Of a stretch of 64,000 bases of DNA, positions 60,247 through 64,000 are shown piece after piece. Position 1 is the first letter of the stretch. Each line of letters starts with the position of its first letter. Under the pieces are notes generated by a model that was not told where the DNA came from, did no database searches, and was given only the letters and a program-made list of their open reading frames with translations. The stretch spans positions 25,287-89,286 of the forward strand of contig CALGZX010000056.1 of assembly GCA_937934165.1 (NCBI GenBank). The letters are read 5' to 3'. The stretch is from an uncultured Collinsella sp. (GTDB taxonomy: Bacteria > Actinomycetota > Coriobacteriia > Coriobacteriales > Coriobacteriaceae). The translations under genes and the position numbers were made by a program.

Positions 60247-61913
60247 GCCTCGCCGTGCTCCTCTTCCCAGCTGCGGTCGTCGTATTTCTCGACCACGGCG
60301 TCGTCGTCAAAGTGCAGCGGCTTGTCCAGGTTGCGGGGCTTAAAGCCCTCCATGAACTTGTCGCGGCCAAAGCTCTCGGGAATCGCCACGGGGTAGCGTC
60401 CGGTAAAGCACGCATCGCAGTAACCGCCCTTGGGCATGACCTTCAGCAGGCCCTCGACCGAAAGGAAGGCCAGCGAATCGGCGCCAATGTACTCGCAAAT
60501 CTCGTCGACCGTCTTGTTGGCGCTGATAAGCTGCGACTGCACGTCGGTATCGATGCCGTAGAAGCACGGCCAGATGACCTCGGGCGAGTTGATGCGGATA
60601 TGAATCTCCTTGGCGCCGGCGTTGCGCAGCATCTTGACGAGCTGCACCATGGTGGTGCCGCGGACGATGGAGTCGTCGATGACGACTAGGCGCTTGCCCT
60701 CGATGTTGTCGCGCAGCGGGTTGAGCTTCATACGCACGCCCATGGCACGCAGCTCCTGCGTAGGCTCGATAAACGTACGGCCCACATAGCGATTCTTGAT
60801 AAGGCCCTCGCCAAAGGGAATACCGCTCTCGTGCGAATACCCCTCCGCGGGCGGCAGGCCGGAGTCAGGCACGCCGATGACCAGGTCGGCCTCGACGGGC
60901 TCCTCGTGTGCCAGCTGACGGCCCATGTCGTAACGGCAGGCGTAAACGCTCTTGCCGTTCATGATGGAGTCGGGGCGGGCAAAGTAGACCTGCTCAAAGA
61001 TGCAGTTAGCAGGCTCTTCGGCCGCAGGCACGCCCTGCTCGGATACCAGACCCTCGGCGCTGATGCGCAAGATCTCGCCGGGGCGGACGTCACGGACGTA
61101 CTCGGCACCCACGATGTCGAGTGCGCAGGTCTCGGAAGCAACGACCCAACCGCCGGCACGCGTGACATGGACGGCGGAGTCGACCGTCGTGGCGCCGTCT
61201 TGCGAGGGCAGCTGCGAAACGGATGCGGCATCGGCCTGGTCCAGACCCTCGTCCACCAGCTTGCCCAGCACCAGCGGACGAATGCCGTGCGGATCGCGGA
61301 AGGCGTAGAGCGCCTGCTCGTTGATGAGCGTCATGGCGTAGCCGCCGCGCACGAGCTCCATGGTCTTGCGAATGCCCTCACGCAGATGGCCTGTACGCTG
61401 AGTAAAGTAGCCGATAAGCTTGGTCGCGACCTCGGAATCCGAATTGGAGAGGAACGGCACGCCCAGCTCGATCAGCTGGCGGCGCAGCTCGTCGGTGTTG
61501 ACCAGAGTACCGTTGTGCGCGAGCGCGATAATGACGCTGTTGATGGTGGAGAGGTGCGGCTGCGAGGCTTCCCAGCTCTTGGCGCCGGCGGTGCCATAGC
61601 GCACGTGGCCCACGGCCAGCTGGCCGGAGAGCGTCGACAGGTCGGCGTTGGAGAACACGCGGTCGAGCAGCCCCAGATCCTTGCGGACCATAACCGTGCC
61701 GCCATCACCCACGGCGATTCCCGCCGATTCCTGGCCGCGATGCTGCAGCGCGCGCAGACCAAAGTACGTCAGTCGAGCCACATCGCGATCGGGTGCCCAC
61801 ACACCAAAAATGCCGCATTCCTCATGCAGCTGGTCGGAGTCCAGATCATACGTCGACATGGTCTTCACCTGTCCCGCGGCGCGCTCGGCCGCGTGGATGG
61901 TTTCTTGAGACAT
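60243..61913 (-). CDS. purF: amidophosphoribosyltransferase
   Basis: A propeptide is followed by the catalytic CGIFGV. PRTase motif VIDDSIVRGTT, plus Cys ligands for 4Fe-4S. It has an acidic C-terminal extension. Confidence 0.93.
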   Translation of the reverse strand: MSQETIHAAERAAGQVKTMSTYDLDSDQLHEECGIFGVWAPDRDVARLTYFGLRALQHRGQESAGIAVGDGGTVMVRKDLGLLDRVFSNADLSTLSGQLAVGHVRYGTAGAKSWEASQPHLSTINSVIIALAHNGTLVNTDELRRQLIELGVPFLSNSDSEVATKLIGYFTQRTGHLREGIRKTMELVRGGYAMTLINEQALYAFRDPHGIRPLVLGKLVDEGLDQADAASVSQLPSQDGATTVDSAVHVTRAGGWVVASETCALDIVGAEYVRDVRPGEILRISAEGLVSEQGVPAAEEPANCIFEQVYFARPDSIMNGKSVYACRYDMGRQLAHEEPVEADLVIGVPDSGLPPAEGYSHESGIPFGEGLIKNRYVGRTFIEPTQELRAMGVRMKLNPLRDNIEGKRLVVIDDSIVRGTTMVQLVKMLRNAGAKEIHIRINSPEVIWPCFYGIDTDVQSQLISANKTVDEICEYIGADSLAFLSVEGLLKVMPKGGYCDACFTGRYPVAIPESFGRDKFMEGFKPRNLDKPLHFDDDAVVEKYDDRSWEEEHGEA

Positions 61914-62207
61914 GGCATCCCCTCAGAGCCTCGTTATTTGGCGTTACCTGCCCTATTATACGCACGGCAAGACAAGCACTCCCGCGCATGAACAGCGCTT
62001 TTTAAAAGCCCACCGAGCTTATAATCCGTTTTGCAGCCAAACATTTTATTGGGCAGCCGTCTCGGGGCCGACGGTCCCGCATGCTTCCGTTGCGACGCGT
62101 CTCGTCCACCGCTAGGGCTTACATTGCTGCAATTGGGTCGTTTGTCCTGTCTTTTAGCAGGTCGGCAGCGTATCCTTGTACCTACAGCAAAACGAGAAAG
62201 GTTATGT

Positions 62208-63437
62208 ATGGATCGAAACGAACTCGACCCCAGCGTCCCCAGCGCCACGGAGGTCAAGAAGATCCCCCTCATCATTAAGGTATACGCCGTCCTGTGCATC
62301 CTGTCCGGCGTGGGCACGCTCCCGTCGGTCGGCGCCTTTATGTGGCAGGTCATCACCGCGCTCATCAACGGCAACGCCGCCGCCAAGCTCGGCGACAACA
62401 CGCTCGTCGCGGTCGGACTGATTGTCGCCGGCATCATGCTCTCGGCTGCCAGTGCCGTCATCTTGATCATCTTTGGCCTTGACCTCATCAAGAACCAGCG
62501 CCGCAATGCCGCCCGTCTGTCCTATATCCTTATCGCATTGACCGTCGTCGAGCTTTTGGTTGACGTGATGCTCCAGGGCATCGGGCCTTTCTTGCTGCGC
62601 CCCGCCATCCAGCTCGGCATCCTCGTCGCGCTTTCGACCACCGTCGACCCCACGCTGCGCCAGGAGCGCGAGCTGCAACGCCGCCTGCAGGAAATGCTCG
62701 ATCGCGACGCCGCCGCCGAGGGCATGCTCGGGCGCGATGAAACCGGCGAAGGCTACATCAAGCTCAACTACTTCAACCTGTTCTGGGTATTCTTTGTCTG
62801 CTGCATACTCGGCCTGATCGCCGAGGACATCTGGCACATGACGGTCGACGACCCCGGCGTCTACCAGAACCGCGCCGGCATGCTGTTTGGCCCCTTCAGC
62901 CCCATCTATGGATTTGGCGCCGTACTCATGACCATGGTGCTCAACCGCTTCTACAAGAAGAACCCCATCATTATCTTTTTGGTGAGCGCGCTGCTCGGCG
63001 CGAGCTTTGAGGTGTTCGTGGGCTGGTTTATGCAGACCTCGTTTGGAGTGGTCTCGTGGAGCTACTCGCACATGAAGCTGTTCGGCATGCCCGACCCGCT
63101 CGCCGTCCTTACGGGCGGACGCACCTGCACGGGCTTTGCCTGCCTGTGGGGCCTGGGCGGCCTCATCTGGATCAAGCTGCTGCTGCCGAGGCTGCTCAAG
63201 CTCATCAATATGATTCCCTGGAAGAGCCGCTACTCCGCTACCGTCATCTTCACCATCATTATGCTGGTCGATGGCGTTATGACGCTGCAGTCGCTCGATT
63301 ATTGGTATCAGCGCGTCAACGGCACGGAACCGGATATTCCCGTTGCGCAGTTCTACGGCAAGTACTTCGATAATGACTTTATGGAGAATCGCTTCCAGAG
63401 CATGACCATGAGCCCCAAGGATGCGACGCGCGTGTAG
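62208..63437 (+). CDS. multi-TM membrane protein; the C-terminal half resembles the putative ABC-transporter type IV family (PF06541-like)
   Basis: Start trimmed to the ATG at 62208 (MDRNELDPSV) with a GAGAAAGG SD. The C-terminal block is NLFWVFFVCCILGLIAEDIWH...GPFSPIYGFGAV...FEVFVGW. Confidence 0.6.
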   Translation: MDRNELDPSVPSATEVKKIPLIIKVYAVLCILSGVGTLPSVGAFMWQVITALINGNAAAKLGDNTLVAVGLIVAGIMLSAASAVILIIFGLDLIKNQRRNAARLSYILIALTVVELLVDVMLQGIGPFLLRPAIQLGILVALSTTVDPTLRQERELQRRLQEMLDRDAAAEGMLGRDETGEGYIKLNYFNLFWVFFVCCILGLIAEDIWHMTVDDPGVYQNRAGMLFGPFSPIYGFGAVLMTMVLNRFYKKNPIIIFLVSALLGASFEVFVGWFMQTSFGVVSWSYSHMKLFGMPDPLAVLTGGRTCTGFACLWGLGGLIWIKLLLPRLLKLINMIPWKSRYSATVIFTIIMLVDGVMTLQSLDYWYQRVNGTEPDIPVAQFYGKYFDNDFMENRFQSMTMSPKDATRV

Positions 63438-63458
63438 CGTCAACCGCGTCCAAAACGC

Positions 63459-63497
63459 AAAATGCCCGCCGGTATCACACGTACCGGCGGGCATTTT
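63459..63497. terminator. bidirectional rho-independent terminator
   Basis: AAAATGCCCGCCGGTA-TCACACG-TACCGGCGGGCATTTTT. Confidence 0.8.
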
Positions 63498-63527
63498 TAT
63501 AAACGAGTCTTCTATCGACGCAAGCCT

Positions 63528-63947
63528 CTACGCCTCGCGCTCGACCTCACTTACGCATTCGTTCTTGATGGTGCCAACGAGTGCCTGCAGCGCATCGACC
63601 ACGTGCGGGCGAATGTCTCCGCCGATGAGCACGAGCATGATGTCGTCACCCACGGCGAGCTCGCCGCTTGCCAGCCACACGCGCACATAGCCGATACCCG
63701 GCATCGCGCTCGTGGCCTCGATAGCAGCCTGCACCTTCTGAGCATCGAAGCCGAATACCATGCCGCCCACCCTGCGTCCGGGAGCTACGCCATCGGTTTC
63801 GATCCCGCGGACCTCGGACTTGGGCGTCGCGCGCACCACGCCGTTATGCGTCAGATACATCCCACAGCCTGCCGCCGAAGCATCGGCCTTGGCCTCGCGC
63901 AGCCAAGTATCAACCGAAGGCATCGTTTTGCCATTCTCAAGCATCAT
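63528..63947 (-). CDS. MoaE-like (molybdopterin synthase large-subunit fold) protein
   Basis: 139 aa. The pattern G.YLTHNGVVR ... VRVWLASGELAVGDDIMLVLIGGDIRPHVVDALQALVGTIK...E resembles the MoaE layout (G..F.G.VR ... HR.G.L..GD..V.V.V...HR..AF...). Assigned from memory of the family only. Confidence 0.45.
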   Translation of the reverse strand: MMLENGKTMPSVDTWLREAKADASAAGCGMYLTHNGVVRATPKSEVRGIETDGVAPGRRVGGMVFGFDAQKVQAAIEATSAMPGIGYVRVWLASGELAVGDDIMLVLIGGDIRPHVVDALQALVGTIKNECVSEVEREA

Positions 63948-64000
63948 TTCTCCCTTACCGTCGTCTAGTAGCCAATTTAGGACGGGCTTTTTAGCTACTC

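Noticed and set aside
61914-62207. Purine, ZTP or other riboswitch upstream of purF.
   Set aside because: I could not find the conserved purine-riboswitch junction (TATAATCCTAATGATATGG-like) or the ZTP/pfl consensus in either orientation. Only a TATAAT promoter-like box (minus strand, about 61954-61959) is visible. An Rfam scan would be needed to exclude a riboswitch.

Overview
This is a 64 kb segment of a high-GC Gram-positive chromosome. The gene content (LPXTG/isopeptide adhesin, ECF transporter, Ech-type [NiFe] hydrogenase, NfnAB, leaderless-looking genes) suggests Actinomycetota, probably a Coriobacteriia-like gut anaerobe; that assignment is inference only.

Most of the window is housekeeping:
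- glmU-prs...pth
- purF-purM-purN
- fused folP-folK
- coaX, xthA, a Sir2 deacetylase, initiator tRNA-fMet
- a polar amino-acid ABC system, an ECF transporter, nfnAB

Accessory content:
- a 2098-aa VWA plus about 10 isopeptide-domain LPXTG adhesin
- a 5-gene Ech-like group-4 hydrogenase operon with a fused EchA-EchB membrane subunit
- two ABC export operons next to a HisKA_3/LuxR two-component system
- an orphan IS3-OrfA-like HTH gene beside an AT-rich tract
- a lower-GC AAA+/DUF4143 gene bracketed by three copies of a 43-nt palindrome
- a DUF559-like gene bracketed by two inverted about 200-bp MITE-like elements, inserted between prs and pth

The most unusual signal is non-coding. Intergenic DNA carries several families of structured repeats:
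- small hairpins with a conserved GGGGAC-type loop and covarying arms, including a 7-copy convergent array
- 150-210 nt nested palindromes with an internal terminator, flanking the adhesin gene on both sides
- a triple tandem palindrome next to tRNA-fMet

Several of these elements contain the stop codon of the neighbouring gene. There are also a cytidylate-kinase-like gene with an in-frame TAA and a degenerate BirA-like gene coupled to folP-folK. No CRISPR array, rRNA, prophage or known defence operon was recognised. Long antisense ORFs in the track are treated as high-GC shadow ORFs.
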